Shown: positions 37,642 to 46,560 of the stretch, piece by piece
How the letters are laid out: each line of letters begins with the position of its first letter
Position numbering within the stretch: the first letter of the stretch is position 1
From: Myxococcales bacterium
Lineage (GTDB): Bacteria; Myxococcota_A; Polyangia; Palsa-1104; SHYY01
Length of the DNA stretch: 64,000 nucleotides
Reading direction: 5' to 3'
Assembly: GCA_009692555.1 (NCBI GenBank)
Contig: SHYY01000002.1
Location: 19,158-83,157 of the forward strand
Made by a program: the position numbers and the translations under genes
The notes under the pieces: generated by a model
What the model saw: only the letters and a program-made list of their open reading frames with translations
The model's database searches: none
Told to the model about the DNA's origin: nothing

Positions 37642-38808
37642 TCAGAAGAGGGGCAGGCCGGTGAGGGCGCGTCCGACGAATTCGAGGAGGTGGTCGGCGG
37701 TGGGGGCCATCACCCACCCGGCGCGGGCGTCGCGGAAGGTGCGCTCGACGCCGAGCTGTCGCGAAAAGGCGGCGCCGCCGCAGGCCTTCATCGCGCCGTC
37801 GGTCACGTCCACCGCCGCCTCGAGCGAAGCGAAGCGCGACTGGAGCACGAAGAGCGGCGTCGTCTCCGACGGGTGCTCCATCTCGGCGACGGTGTAGCCG
37901 AGCAGCGCCCGGGCCTGCTCGGTGCGCGCGCTCATCCTTGCGAGACGTGCGCGCAGGGTCGGGAGATCGCGCAGCTGGGTGCCGGTGTGCTCGAAGCCGG
38001 TGCCGGCGAGGTGCTTCGCGGTGGCGGCGACGGCGGCGCGGCACAGCCCGTTCGCCATCGCCGCGGTCCCGACGGAGAACCACGGCAGGATCACCTCCAG
38101 CTTGGTCGTGGCGCCGGCGCCGAGATCGCTGATCAGATCGCCCTTGGCGACCGCGAGCCCCTCGATCTCCACAGCGGTGGAGTCGTTGCCGCGCAGGCCG
38201 AGGCCGTCGAACGAGGCGGCGACCCGGACCCCGGCGCTGCCGCGGCGGATGAGGTAGATGGTCGATTCAAGGGGCGAGGCGGCACCCGGGCGCTGCGCCG
38301 TCGAGACATACGAGTCGGCGTGGTTCGCCGAGGTCACCCAGGACTTGTGGGCGTGGGTGGTGTAGCCGGTCCCCTGCTCGACCAGCTTCGAGACCGGCGC
38401 CCAGAACTGCGACCGGGAGCCGCGTTCGGAGAGGGCGAGGGTGGTGAGGTGCTTGCCCGCGGCGATCTGGCGGAGCAGGTCGTCGCGCCCGGCGAGCGTG
38501 GTCGCGGAGGCGATCGCCTGGGCGGCGGTGACGTGCATGACGTAGATCATCGCGGTCGACGCGCAGACCTGCCCGAGCTCTTCCGCGACCGCGGCGAAGG
38601 TACGCGGCGCCTGGCCCGCGCCGCCCACCGACGGGGAGAGGCACAGCCCGAACAAGCCGGCCTCGGCGAGCGCGGCGACGCTCTCTTTCGGAAAGCGACC
38701 TTTTCGGTCGACGTCTTCCGCGTGGCGGGCGGCCACCTCGGCGGCGATGGAGGCCGCCGTTTGCGCAAGCCTGGTGCCGGCTGCGTCGAGACCATACAGA
38801 TGGGCCAT
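37642..38808 (-). CDS. acyl-CoA dehydrogenase-fold flavoprotein
   Basis: 388 aa with family-typical layout (N-terminal helices, central beta domain WVTSANHADSY, C-terminal helices ending RDARAG...). Substrate unknown. Confidence 0.8.
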   Translation of the reverse strand: MAHLYGLDAAGTRLAQTAASIAAEVAARHAEDVDRKGRFPKESVAALAEAGLFGLCLSPSVGGAGQAPRTFAAVAEELGQVCASTAMIYVMHVTAAQAIASATTLAGRDDLLRQIAAGKHLTTLALSERGSRSQFWAPVSKLVEQGTGYTTHAHKSWVTSANHADSYVSTAQRPGAASPLESTIYLIRRGSAGVRVAASFDGLGLRGNDSTAVEIEGLAVAKGDLISDLGAGATTKLEVILPWFSVGTAAMANGLCRAAVAATAKHLAGTGFEHTGTQLRDLPTLRARLARMSARTEQARALLGYTVAEMEHPSETTPLFVLQSRFASLEAAVDVTDGAMKACGGAAFSRQLGVERTFRDARAGWVMAPTADHLLEFVGRALTGLPLF

Positions 38809-38909
38809 GGGACCTCCTCGCCGTCGGTGGCGTTCGCGCGTTGTTACGCGGCACCCGCCCCGACCGTCCAGCGAATAATATCGATACCGCTGATGTTCTA
38901 CATCGAGTC

Positions 38910-38923
38910 ATTCGATTTCTAGA
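38910..38923. promoter_or_regulatory. AT-rich motif ATTCGATTTCTAGA in the divergent promoter region; near-identical copy at 40930-40943
   Basis: ATTCGATtTcTAGA versus ATTCGATaTaTAGA (12 of 14). Both lie in rare AT-rich patches bracketing the two-gene operon next to a LysR regulator. Confidence 0.3.
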
Positions 38924-38963
38924 TCCGGCTTGACCACGCCCTGGACGGCGCGTAGAGAGGGAC

Positions 38964-39761
38964 ATGCTCACCATCGCCGCCGTCGCCTATGACCCGCGCG
39001 TCGTCACTGTCTGGGAGGGGATCTGCGACTACCTCACCGGCGCAGGCGTGCCGGCCGACTATGTCCTCTATCGCAGCTACGAGGCCCAGGTGAACGCGCT
39101 GTTCGCCCGCCACGTCGACGTCGCCTGGAACACCAACCTCGCCTACGTCCGCTCGCAGGATCGCGCCGGGGGGCAGTGCCGCGCGCTGGCGATGCGCGAC
39201 ACCGACCTCGATTGGACCACCAAGATCATCGTTCGCCCAGGCGCCGCGTCGTCGCTGGCAGACCTCCGCGGCAAGACGCTCGCGCTCGGCAGCCGCGACT
39301 CCGGCCACGCGGCGATCCTCCCCGTGCACTTCCTGCGCGCCGAGGGGCTCGAGCCGGAGCGCGACTACCGTCCGCTGCGCTTCGACCTCGATGTCGGCAA
39401 GCACGGCGACACCGGCGCCAGCGAGATCGAGGTGCTGAGGGCGGTGCTGGACGGGCGCGCCGACGCGGGCGCGGTCGGGGCGCCGTTCTGGGCACGGGCG
39501 ATCGAGACCGGCCAGGTGCCGCGCGGTTCGGCCGAGGCGATCTGGACCTCGCCTCCCTATCACCACTGCATGTTCACCGCGCTGCCCGACTTCGACCCGG
39601 CGCGCGCGGACCAGTTCACGCGCGCGCTGTTCGCGATGTCGTACGACGATCCCGCGCACCGCCCGGTCCTCGACGCGGAGGGGCTGAAGCAGTGGCTGCC
39701 GCCTCACACGGATGGCTACGGCTCGCTCACCACGGCGGCGCGGGCGGCTGGCCTGCTGTGA
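38964..39761 (+). CDS. PhnD/SsuA-like periplasmic-binding-protein-fold protein without a signal peptide
   Basis: 265 aa. LRGKTLALGSRDSGHAAILPVHFL and GRADAGAVG segments are typical of phosphonate/sulfonate-binding-type folds. The N-terminus is not hydrophobic. Confidence 0.7.
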   Translation: MLTIAAVAYDPRVVTVWEGICDYLTGAGVPADYVLYRSYEAQVNALFARHVDVAWNTNLAYVRSQDRAGGQCRALAMRDTDLDWTTKIIVRPGAASSLADLRGKTLALGSRDSGHAAILPVHFLRAEGLEPERDYRPLRFDLDVGKHGDTGASEIEVLRAVLDGRADAGAVGAPFWARAIETGQVPRGSAEAIWTSPPYHHCMFTALPDFDPARADQFTRALFAMSYDDPAHRPVLDAEGLKQWLPPHTDGYGSLTTAARAAGLL

Positions 39762-40927
39762 CCACCCTCCTCGATGGGGGTCGGCTCGACGGCCCTGGCG
39801 GCCTCGCCCTGCTCCTGCGGCGCGGGCTGGCGCGGCTCGACCCCGGCGATGTCCTCGAGCTCACCACGCGCCACCCGGCGGCGCTGCACGACGTGCCGGC
39901 GCTGGTGCGCGGCGGTGGCCACCACCTCGAAGGGCGGCGCGACGAGGAGGGGGTGGCGCGGTTCCGCATCGTGCGCGGATCCCTCTCCGCCCTCGCTCGT
40001 GCCGAGCCTGAACATCCTCTGCACGCCCCTTCCGACTCCGGCTTCGCGCTGCGCGAGACGGTGCACGAGGGGGGCGCACCGCATGTGCCCTTTGCGCTCG
40101 ACAGCCGCGAGGAGGTGTGGGTGGACGAGGCGCGCGCGCTCCACGAGAAGGCGGTCGCCCAGCAGTGGTCGGTGGCGCGGGATCTCGACTGGAGCGAGGG
40201 ACCGCCGCTCGGCCCCGACCTCGACTGGGCGATCGCCCAGATCATGTCCTTCCTCGCCGAGAACGAGGTCTCAGCGCTGCTCGTTCCGGCGCGCTTCCTC
40301 CACCGGATCCACCCGCACTTCGTCGACGTCTCGCTCTTCCTGGCCGGCCGGATCGCCGACGAGGCGCGCCACATCGACGCCTTCCGCGCCCGCGCCGCGC
40401 GCGCCGGCGCCGGCCCGGTCTACTCCACCCGCTCCACCCGCGCGTCGCTGCTGACGCTGATCGAGGAGCCGGACTTCACGACGGCCGAGTTCCTCCTCGG
40501 GGTGCTGGGCGAGGGCACGTTCCTTGAACTGCTCCACTTCATCGAGACCCACGCCCCCGATCCGCTGACCGCCGAGATCTGCCGTCGCGCACGGCTCGAC
40601 GAATCACGTCACGTTCACTTCGCGATGGCGCACGTCCGCCATCGCATCGCCGCCGACGCTGCCGTCGCCCCGCGCCTCGCCCGCGCCGCCCGCGCCCGAT
40701 CCGAGCGGCTCGCCGCGGTGGGCGCGCTGAACCCGTTCTTCGACGACGCGCTGGTGGTGCTCGCCGCCGGGGGGCTCGATCCTGCCGGTCTCGCCGCCGG
40801 CCTCGACGCGCGCGCCGCGCTCGACCGCGAGATGGCCGCAACGCGGGTCCGCAGGCTCCTCTCGATCGGGTTCTCGGCCGAGGAGGCGCAGGAGCTCTCG
40901 GCGAGCCACACCCAGAACATCATGTAG
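39758..40927 (+). CDS. fusion of a TusA-like domain (lacking the conserved Cys) with a ferritin-like di-iron (AurF-like) domain
   Basis: GTG 39758 overlaps the upstream stop (GTGA). Two ExxH motifs (DEARHIDAF, DESRHVHFA) in helical context. Confidence 0.7.
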   Translation: MTTLLDGGRLDGPGGLALLLRRGLARLDPGDVLELTTRHPAALHDVPALVRGGGHHLEGRRDEEGVARFRIVRGSLSALARAEPEHPLHAPSDSGFALRETVHEGGAPHVPFALDSREEVWVDEARALHEKAVAQQWSVARDLDWSEGPPLGPDLDWAIAQIMSFLAENEVSALLVPARFLHRIHPHFVDVSLFLAGRIADEARHIDAFRARAARAGAGPVYSTRSTRASLLTLIEEPDFTTAEFLLGVLGEGTFLELLHFIETHAPDPLTAEICRRARLDESRHVHFAMAHVRHRIAADAAVAPRLARAARARSERLAAVGALNPFFDDALVVLAAGGLDPAGLAAGLDARAALDREMAATRVRRLLSIGFSAEEAQELSASHTQNIM

Positions 40928-40929
40928 TT

Positions 40930-40943
40930 ATTCGATATATAGA
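40930..40943. promoter_or_regulatory. second copy of the ATTCGAT-N-T-N-TAGA motif
   Basis: See 38910-38923. It lies between the operon stop (40927) and the 3' end of the LysR gene (40993). Confidence 0.25.
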
Positions 40944-40992
40944 GCATCGGTCCGGGTAAACTGGTCGTCGCTCCAGTATCGACCAGGTCGAT

Positions 40993-41877
40993 TCATCCGG
41001 GGGCGCGATCGATGACCAGCTTGAGGAACGCGCGCGCGGCCGCCGATGCCGTGACGCCGCGTAGACTGCCCATGTAGAAGGTGCGCTTCAGCGGTGTGCC
41101 TCTGAGCTTGACGAGGCGAACTCGCCCGGCGGCGAGATCCTCCTTCACCGCGGTGCGCGAGATGAAGGTCAGGCCTAGCCCCTCGAGGACGCAGCGCCGC
41201 GCCGCCTCCGTGCTCCCCGCCTCGATGTGGCCCTCCCGTTCGGCGAGACCGGCCGGCAGGAGCTTCGCCACCGCCTCGCGGGTGCCGGACCCCGGCTCGC
41301 GCAGGATGATCGGCAGATCGCCGAGCCCGAGGCGCGATGTCTCGCTCGTCGCGTAGGGCCCGCTCGCCGGCGCGACGAGGACGATCTCGTCGTGGGAGAA
41401 GCGGACGCAGGCGACCCGCCGATCGCGGATCGGCGAGCCGACGCAGGCCAGGTCGCAGTCCTCGCCGAGCAGCGCCGCCGTCGCCTGCCGCGAGTCGGAG
41501 ACCTTCAGGATCAGGGTGACCTCGGGGTGGGCGCGCTGGAACTCGCCGAGGAGCGGCGGCAGGAGATACTCCGCCGGGATGGTCGAGGCGGCGATCGTCA
41601 CCCGGCCGCGCTGGCCGGTCTCCTCGGCGCGCAGCCGGTGGAGCGCCTCGTCGCGCAGCGCGATCATTCGCCTGGCGAAGCCGAGCAGCACCCGGCCTGT
41701 CGGGGTCACGCGCACCGAACGCCCGCGCCGATCGATGAGCCGCGCGCCCACCGCGGTCTCGAGGGCCTTGACCTGGAAGCTGACCGTCGACTGGCTGACG
41801 TGCAGCACCTCGGAGGCGCGCGAGAAGCTGCCCAGCTCGATGACCGTCCGGAAGGTGCGGAGCTGGTCGATGTTCAT
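40993..41877 (-). CDS. LysR-family transcriptional regulator
   Basis: N-terminal HTH FRTVIELGSFSRASEVLHVSQSTVSFQVKALE. 294 aa. Confidence 0.92.
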   Translation of the reverse strand: MNIDQLRTFRTVIELGSFSRASEVLHVSQSTVSFQVKALETAVGARLIDRRGRSVRVTPTGRVLLGFARRMIALRDEALHRLRAEETGQRGRVTIAASTIPAEYLLPPLLGEFQRAHPEVTLILKVSDSRQATAALLGEDCDLACVGSPIRDRRVACVRFSHDEIVLVAPASGPYATSETSRLGLGDLPIILREPGSGTREAVAKLLPAGLAEREGHIEAGSTEAARRCVLEGLGLTFISRTAVKEDLAAGRVRLVKLRGTPLKRTFYMGSLRGVTASAAARAFLKLVIDRAPG

Positions 41878-41970
41878 GGGTATTTCACACCGCGCAGGTC
41901 ACGGGCACTTGGCCACGCCGACGCTGATCTCGCGCAGGCGACCGGCGCCGGTGCCATGACGAGACTCTAG

Positions 41971-42207
41971 CACCGGGCGAGCACGATCCTGTTCTGGTTC
42001 CCGCCCGAGACGCTCTGCCCGATCACGCTGTATGAGCTGGGCGCCTGGTCGATGACCGCGAAGCCGATCTTCGTGGGCGTGCATCCCGACTATCGGCGCG
42101 CCCTCGACGTGGCGATCCAGACCCGGCTCGCGCGTCCGGAGGTGATCATCGCGCCGTCGCTGGTGGCGCTGGCGGACCAGGTGCGTGCTGCGCTCTCGAC
42201 CCGCTGA
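41971..42207 (+). pseudogene. start-less 79-codon remnant of a nucleoside 2-deoxyribosyltransferase-like protein (C-terminal part)
   Basis: Open frame bounded by TAG 41968-41970 and TGA 42205-42207. It encodes ILFWFPPETLCPITLYELGAWSMTAKPIFVGVHPDY.... It has no usable start codon and is absent from the ORF track. Confidence 0.5.
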
Positions 42208-42272
42208 ACCTTCACCGGGAGCCCCGGTTCCTGCCAGGGCACCACCCGGTCAGCCACCGCCGACCTCCGGGG

Positions 42273-44471
42273 TCAGCCTCGGTCGATGAGGACCAGCAGG
42301 TCGGCGCCCGAAGTGGACCAGTCCTGCAGCAGGTGGTGCGCGCCCGCCGCGATCAGCGGGAGGCTGCGATGCTCCCAGTCGGCGCCCTCGCCCTGCGGCA
42401 CGCCGATGGCGATTCCTCCGAGCGCGCGCGTGGTGGCGACTCCGTCGGCGGCGTCGTTGAAGAACAGCAACTGCGCACCCGGGTGGGAAGCGACGAGGCG
42501 GCGGAGGCTCGCGTCGCGGAACGCCTCGGCGGTGGTCGCCTCCGGCACGAGATCGGCGGTGACGACCAGCCGCTCGTCGACCAGCTCGCCAAGGCCGCAC
42601 TCGCCGAGCTGGCCGAGCGTGCGCGCCCGGGGCGTGTGGGCGAAGGTCGCGACCGCGCGAGGGATGCCGCGCTCGCGCAACGCGGCGACGAACTCGGCGG
42701 CCGCCGCTGCGCCTTCGAGCGGCACGTCGCGCCCGACCGAAAGCCGCGCTTCGCGGAACAGGCGGGTCACGTCGGCGGCGCTGGTGCCGGGGCGCTGCGC
42801 GGCCACGCGATCGAGCACTTCGCCGTCGCTGGCGCCGTAGCTCGCGCGCTCGATCCACGCCAGCGCCCGCGCCTCGTCGAGGTCGCCGCGGAGCCGCTGG
42901 ACCACGCGCGCCATCGCGAGCTTCCAGTTGGGCCTGGCGAGCGTTCCATGGAGATCGAACACCGCGAGATACGGGCCGCGAAACGCCGGCAGATCATCGG
43001 CGACCGCGAGCAGCCTTCCCGGACGGGCCGCGCGGGCCTCGTCGAGGGGCTGACTCCCCGCCACCAGTGCACGGCCCCGCTCGTCGCTGCGCACGTAGGA
43101 GGCGCGGAAATTTTCCGGAAGGATCGAGTAGACGTCCTGTGCCCCGCCGCGCGCGAGGACGCTGCCGGCCGGGGCGTAGGCCCACGCGCCCCAGGGCGAG
43201 CGGTAGCGGATCGGCGAGGTGATCTCGGCCATCCGGCTCGGCGCCCCGCGCGGCAGGTAGAAGCCCGGGCCCTCTCGGCCCTCGGTGAAATAGCGCAACC
43301 GGAAGGTCGCGTCGGTGAGGAAGTAGCGATCGCCCTGGCTGGTCTGGATCTTCCAGTCACCCGCCTGCGCGATGTTGAAGGTCGAGCGGAAGGTGCCCTG
43401 CCCACCGACGGTCTCGAGGGTCTCGTCGGCGACCGCGGGCTCGGCGCACACGCCCTCCACCTTGCGCGCGAAGAAGAAGCGTCCGCCGGTCCACGGAGCG
43501 CCGGGCGCGTCGGCGGTGAAGTCGATCTCGGATCCGGGATCGACCAGGCGGAACTGGTGGCGGTCGGAGCGGTCCCAGCCGAGGATCGAGTTGCGGTTGT
43601 TGCGTCGCTTCGGATCGCGCGCCACCCAGGTCCAGCCGTCGTAGCTCAGCACCGGCCGCCCGACAGGGCCGACCACCCGGTTCCGCTCGTTGCCCATCAT
43701 GTTGAGCCGGTCGCGGCTGAACTGGATCTTCACGAAGGTGCGCTCGATCGTCTCCGACGTGGTGTTGAGGTCGGGGGTGTGGACGTCGTAGGGGGTCATC
43801 CGGAGCAGGGTGTAGGGCGGATAGCGCAGCGGCTCTCTTCCCTCGGCGAGCGCGTCGAAGCGCCGCAGGACGGCGACGAAATCGGTGGAGTCGATCCCGC
43901 GCAGCGAGAACGGGCCCGGGAGGAAGAGCGTCGAGAGCGCGTCGAAGACCACGTAGGTGTTGTCGACAACCGTCGGCGGCCGGTCGTCACCCTCGAGGCG
44001 GGTGGTCTCCGGCGAGACGAAGGCGTCGCCGTGCCAGCCGACGCGGCGCTGTGCCTTGCCGGGCTCCACCAGCTTCTGGTCGACGGTGAAGTAGGCGTAG
44101 TAGAGCGAGTCGAAGTCGGGGTTGATGGCGCGCTCGTGCTCCACGGCAAGGCGCAGCGCCTCCCCGAACTGCGCGAACGCCTCGGGGATGGCCCAGGCAG
44201 TGCCCGGCATGCGGATCGCGAGGTCGAGGACGCGCAGGCCGCGCTGGCGGCTGAACGCTCCCCGATCGCGGAGCTCGCCCACCACCGACGGCAGGTGCGG
44301 GCGCTCGTACTCCTCGACGTCCCACCTCATCATGTGGTGGAGCTTCTGGAGGTCGCACCCGGCGTTGCGGTCGGAGGCGGCGCGGAGGAGCTGCTCGCGC
44401 TCGGGCGCGGACAGCCTCCGCCCGAATGGCTCCGCGGGAAGTTGGGCGCGGAGCGGGTCGGGCAGCGTCAT
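42273..44471 (-). CDS. large three-module hypothetical protein: N-terminal HxD...H (cupin/2OG-oxygenase-like?) domain, central beta-rich domain, C-terminal HAD-like hydrolase
   Basis: WHGDAF...DVHTPD in the N-terminal third. C-terminus has AVFDLHGTLARP (HAD motif I-like with His in place of the second Asp) and FFNDAADG (motif IV-like). Start ATG 44471 or TTG 44510. Confidence 0.75.
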   Translation of the reverse strand: MTLPDPLRAQLPAEPFGRRLSAPEREQLLRAASDRNAGCDLQKLHHMMRWDVEEYERPHLPSVVGELRDRGAFSRQRGLRVLDLAIRMPGTAWAIPEAFAQFGEALRLAVEHERAINPDFDSLYYAYFTVDQKLVEPGKAQRRVGWHGDAFVSPETTRLEGDDRPPTVVDNTYVVFDALSTLFLPGPFSLRGIDSTDFVAVLRRFDALAEGREPLRYPPYTLLRMTPYDVHTPDLNTTSETIERTFVKIQFSRDRLNMMGNERNRVVGPVGRPVLSYDGWTWVARDPKRRNNRNSILGWDRSDRHQFRLVDPGSEIDFTADAPGAPWTGGRFFFARKVEGVCAEPAVADETLETVGGQGTFRSTFNIAQAGDWKIQTSQGDRYFLTDATFRLRYFTEGREGPGFYLPRGAPSRMAEITSPIRYRSPWGAWAYAPAGSVLARGGAQDVYSILPENFRASYVRSDERGRALVAGSQPLDEARAARPGRLLAVADDLPAFRGPYLAVFDLHGTLARPNWKLAMARVVQRLRGDLDEARALAWIERASYGASDGEVLDRVAAQRPGTSAADVTRLFREARLSVGRDVPLEGAAAAAEFVAALRERGIPRAVATFAHTPRARTLGQLGECGLGELVDERLVVTADLVPEATTAEAFRDASLRRLVASHPGAQLLFFNDAADGVATTRALGGIAIGVPQGEGADWEHRSLPLIAAGAHHLLQDWSTSGADLLVLIDRG

Positions 44472-44540
44472 CCTGGCGGCGAGAATCCACCGCGTCGGCG
44501 GCGGTGTCAAACCGAGGGAAGACGTCCCAGTTGGCGATGG

Positions 44541-45374
44541 CTAGCGGCCGAAGCCGCCGAGCGCCGCCTGGCCGAAACCCGCCGCGCCCTGGCTCGCACG
44601 GAGCGCCGACTGGGAGAACACCTGGAAGGCTCGCCGGATCTCCTGCGCGCTGTTGCCGGGAGTGAGGATCCAGCGGTCGTCGATCCCCATCTCGCGGAAC
44701 ACCCGACGGAAGTCGGTGTTGCCGTCGTCGATCCCCATCGCCGCGACGATGTGCTCCTCGGTGGCTGCGAGGTCGGAGACCAGCGCCGCCACATCGCCGG
44801 CCTGCGCGCGCACCGAGTGCTGGTCGCCGCCGTCGGTGATGAGGAGGGTGATGCTCCGCGCGGGCACTCCGCTCTCGGCGAACTCGCGCGTCTTGGCGAT
44901 CACCGTTCCGAGCAGCACCACCGACTGGTCGAACAGCGGCGTGCCGAGCGCGGCCCGGTAATTCGCCCCGTCCATCCGCGGCGCGCCGGCGATCGGCCGG
45001 TAGGGAAAGAGCACCGTGCCGTTCAGGTAGCGCGTGTGGGCCAGGATCGCCCCGCCGCTCTTCGACGACGCGAGCGCCTCGATCACCAGGTTGTGCCCGT
45101 CCCGCACCGCGCCTTCGTTGCCAGCGACGGCGATCGAGCCCGAATCGTCCGGCATGATCGTCAGCAGGAGCACTTCGCTGGCCGGCACATCGTCGACGTG
45201 CATGCCCAGCCCGGCCTGGATCCGCGCGCCGAGATCTTCGATGGTGAGCGCGTTCAGCGCCGCTCGCGAGAGCATCCCCTCGGCGTGCGCGGCCTCGATC
45301 AGCGCCTGCACATGCGGGTTTCCGTTTCCGTTTCCGTTTCCGTTTCCGTTTCCGTTTCCGTTTCCGTTTCCCAT
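44541..45374 (-). CDS. von Willebrand factor A domain protein with intact MIDAS and an N-terminal (Gly-Asn)9 repeat
   Basis: MIDAS residues DDSGS ... GTPLFD ... LLITDGGD. The start ATG 45374 is followed directly by nine GGAAAC units. Confidence 0.85.
   Translation of the reverse strand: MGNGNGNGNGNGNGNGNGNPHVQALIEAAHAEGMLSRAALNALTIEDLGARIQAGLGMHVDDVPASEVLLLTIMPDDSGSIAVAGNEGAVRDGHNLVIEALASSKSGGAILAHTRYLNGTVLFPYRPIAGAPRMDGANYRAALGTPLFDQSVVLLGTVIAKTREFAESGVPARSITLLITDGGDQHSVRAQAGDVAALVSDLAATEEHIVAAMGIDDGNTDFRRVFREMGIDDRWILTPGNSAQEIRRAFQVFSQSALRASQGAAGFGQAALGGFGR
45318..45371. repeat. perfect hexanucleotide microsatellite (GTTTCC)9 = (GGAAAC)9 on the coding strand
   Basis: 54 nt with no mismatches, directly after the start codon of the vWA gene. 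Confidence 0.97.
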
Positions 45375-45450
45375 GTCTGCCTCGTTTCTCCTGTGAGCCG
45401 TTTCAGTCCCCGCACCGAGGGGACGCGTGGAGCCGCCTTTCGGTGGTTGA

Positions 45451-46512
45451 TCAGCCGAGCGAGAGGCCCGGCCACGCCGCGATCGGATCGGTCGACCGCA
45501 CGAGGTGCATCCCCGCCGCCTCGAAGCGCCGCAGCGCCTCCTCCGCCTGCGGAGTGAAATCCGCCACGAAGCCGCCCTTGCCGTCGGGGACCGTCACCGA
45601 CGACATGCAGTCGGTGAGCACGTAGACCTTCCGCGCCAGCGCCGGATCTTTGACCGCGATCTCCGAGAGCAGGTCGTCGATCGAGCTCTTCACGCAGTGG
45701 CGCGCCGCCTGCCCGGCGATGATCACCGCGTCGGCGGTGAGGAGCGTGGAGAGGAACTGCGTGTTGCGCTGCGCCAGCGGCTGCCCGTCGTGGCGGCTCA
45801 GCACCTCGGGGCGCATCACCGAGTAGTTCTCGGTGAACGGGTTGCCTCCCTTCACCTCGGCCCACGACTGCGCGCACCGCACGAACGAGTGGAACAGGCG
45901 CGCCTCGTGGATCGTCCCGGCCAGCGCGTGCCCGTCGCTGCCGAGCAGGCAGTGCGGCGGCCAGAGGTAGAGCTTGTACTTGCCGGCGCGGGCCAGCTCG
46001 TCGCAGTAGTGCTTCACCTGCTGGAGCAGCCAGGGGTAGCTCCCGTTGCACAGCCACTTCGCCATCGCCGGGTTCGGGCGCACCTCGCCGCGGGCGATAT
46101 CGTCGCTGCCGATCTCGCGGTGCGGGGCGAGCGGGCGGTCGTCGCGATCCACCCAGAACGACGGGAAGAAGATCTGGTAGGCGAAGTGGGTGTCGAGGGT
46201 GGTGGTGATGTTGGTGATCGCGCCGAGGTTCCGGTAGATGAACGCGGCGGTGCGCAGGTTGTCCCCGAGCGCGCCCCGCCCATCGCGACCGCCCACGTAG
46301 AGCGAGCCCCTCGGGAAGCAGAAGTCCCTCTGCACGTCGATCAGCAGCAGGTGGATGTTGGTGCCGTCGGTGGCGGCGGGGGCGATGGCGTGGCGGTGGC
46401 GCCACTCGCCGGCCTCCTCGTAGAGGCGCTGCGGGTCGGGGCTGTACTCCCAGCGCTCGGCGTTCTTCGGGTCGTGGAACGAAGGCAACGGCAACGGGTT
46501 GGCGCGTTTCAT
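45451..46512 (-). CDS. pncA: long-form nicotinamidase / isochorismatase-family hydrolase
   Basis: LLLIDVQRDFCFP, LWPPHCLLGSDGHAL, catalytic Cys in IIAGQAARHCV. GGAGGTG lies 5 nt upstream of ATG 46512. Confidence 0.8.
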   Translation of the reverse strand: MKRANPLPLPSFHDPKNAERWEYSPDPQRLYEEAGEWRHRHAIAPAATDGTNIHLLLIDVQRDFCFPRGSLYVGGRDGRGALGDNLRTAAFIYRNLGAITNITTTLDTHFAYQIFFPSFWVDRDDRPLAPHREIGSDDIARGEVRPNPAMAKWLCNGSYPWLLQQVKHYCDELARAGKYKLYLWPPHCLLGSDGHALAGTIHEARLFHSFVRCAQSWAEVKGGNPFTENYSVMRPEVLSRHDGQPLAQRNTQFLSTLLTADAVIIAGQAARHCVKSSIDDLLSEIAVKDPALARKVYVLTDCMSSVTVPDGKGGFVADFTPQAEEALRRFEAAGMHLVRSTDPIAAWPGLSLG

Positions 46513-46560
46513 GGCTCACCTCCGGCCCTCGCGGGCCACTCGGGTTGGTGCGCTGCGGAA

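Noticed and set aside
45318-45371. (GGAAAC)9 as an on/off phase-variation switch
   Set aside because: The unit length is a multiple of three, so copy-number change cannot shift the reading frame. Only length variation of the Gly-Asn leader is possible.
42333-45557. 1074-aa plus-strand ORF across the NAD operon
   Set aside because: It lies antisense to the vWA and 732-aa genes, and its translation runs through the (GTTTCC)9 repeat as VSVSVS. The product is Arg/Gly/Ala-rich shadow sequence.
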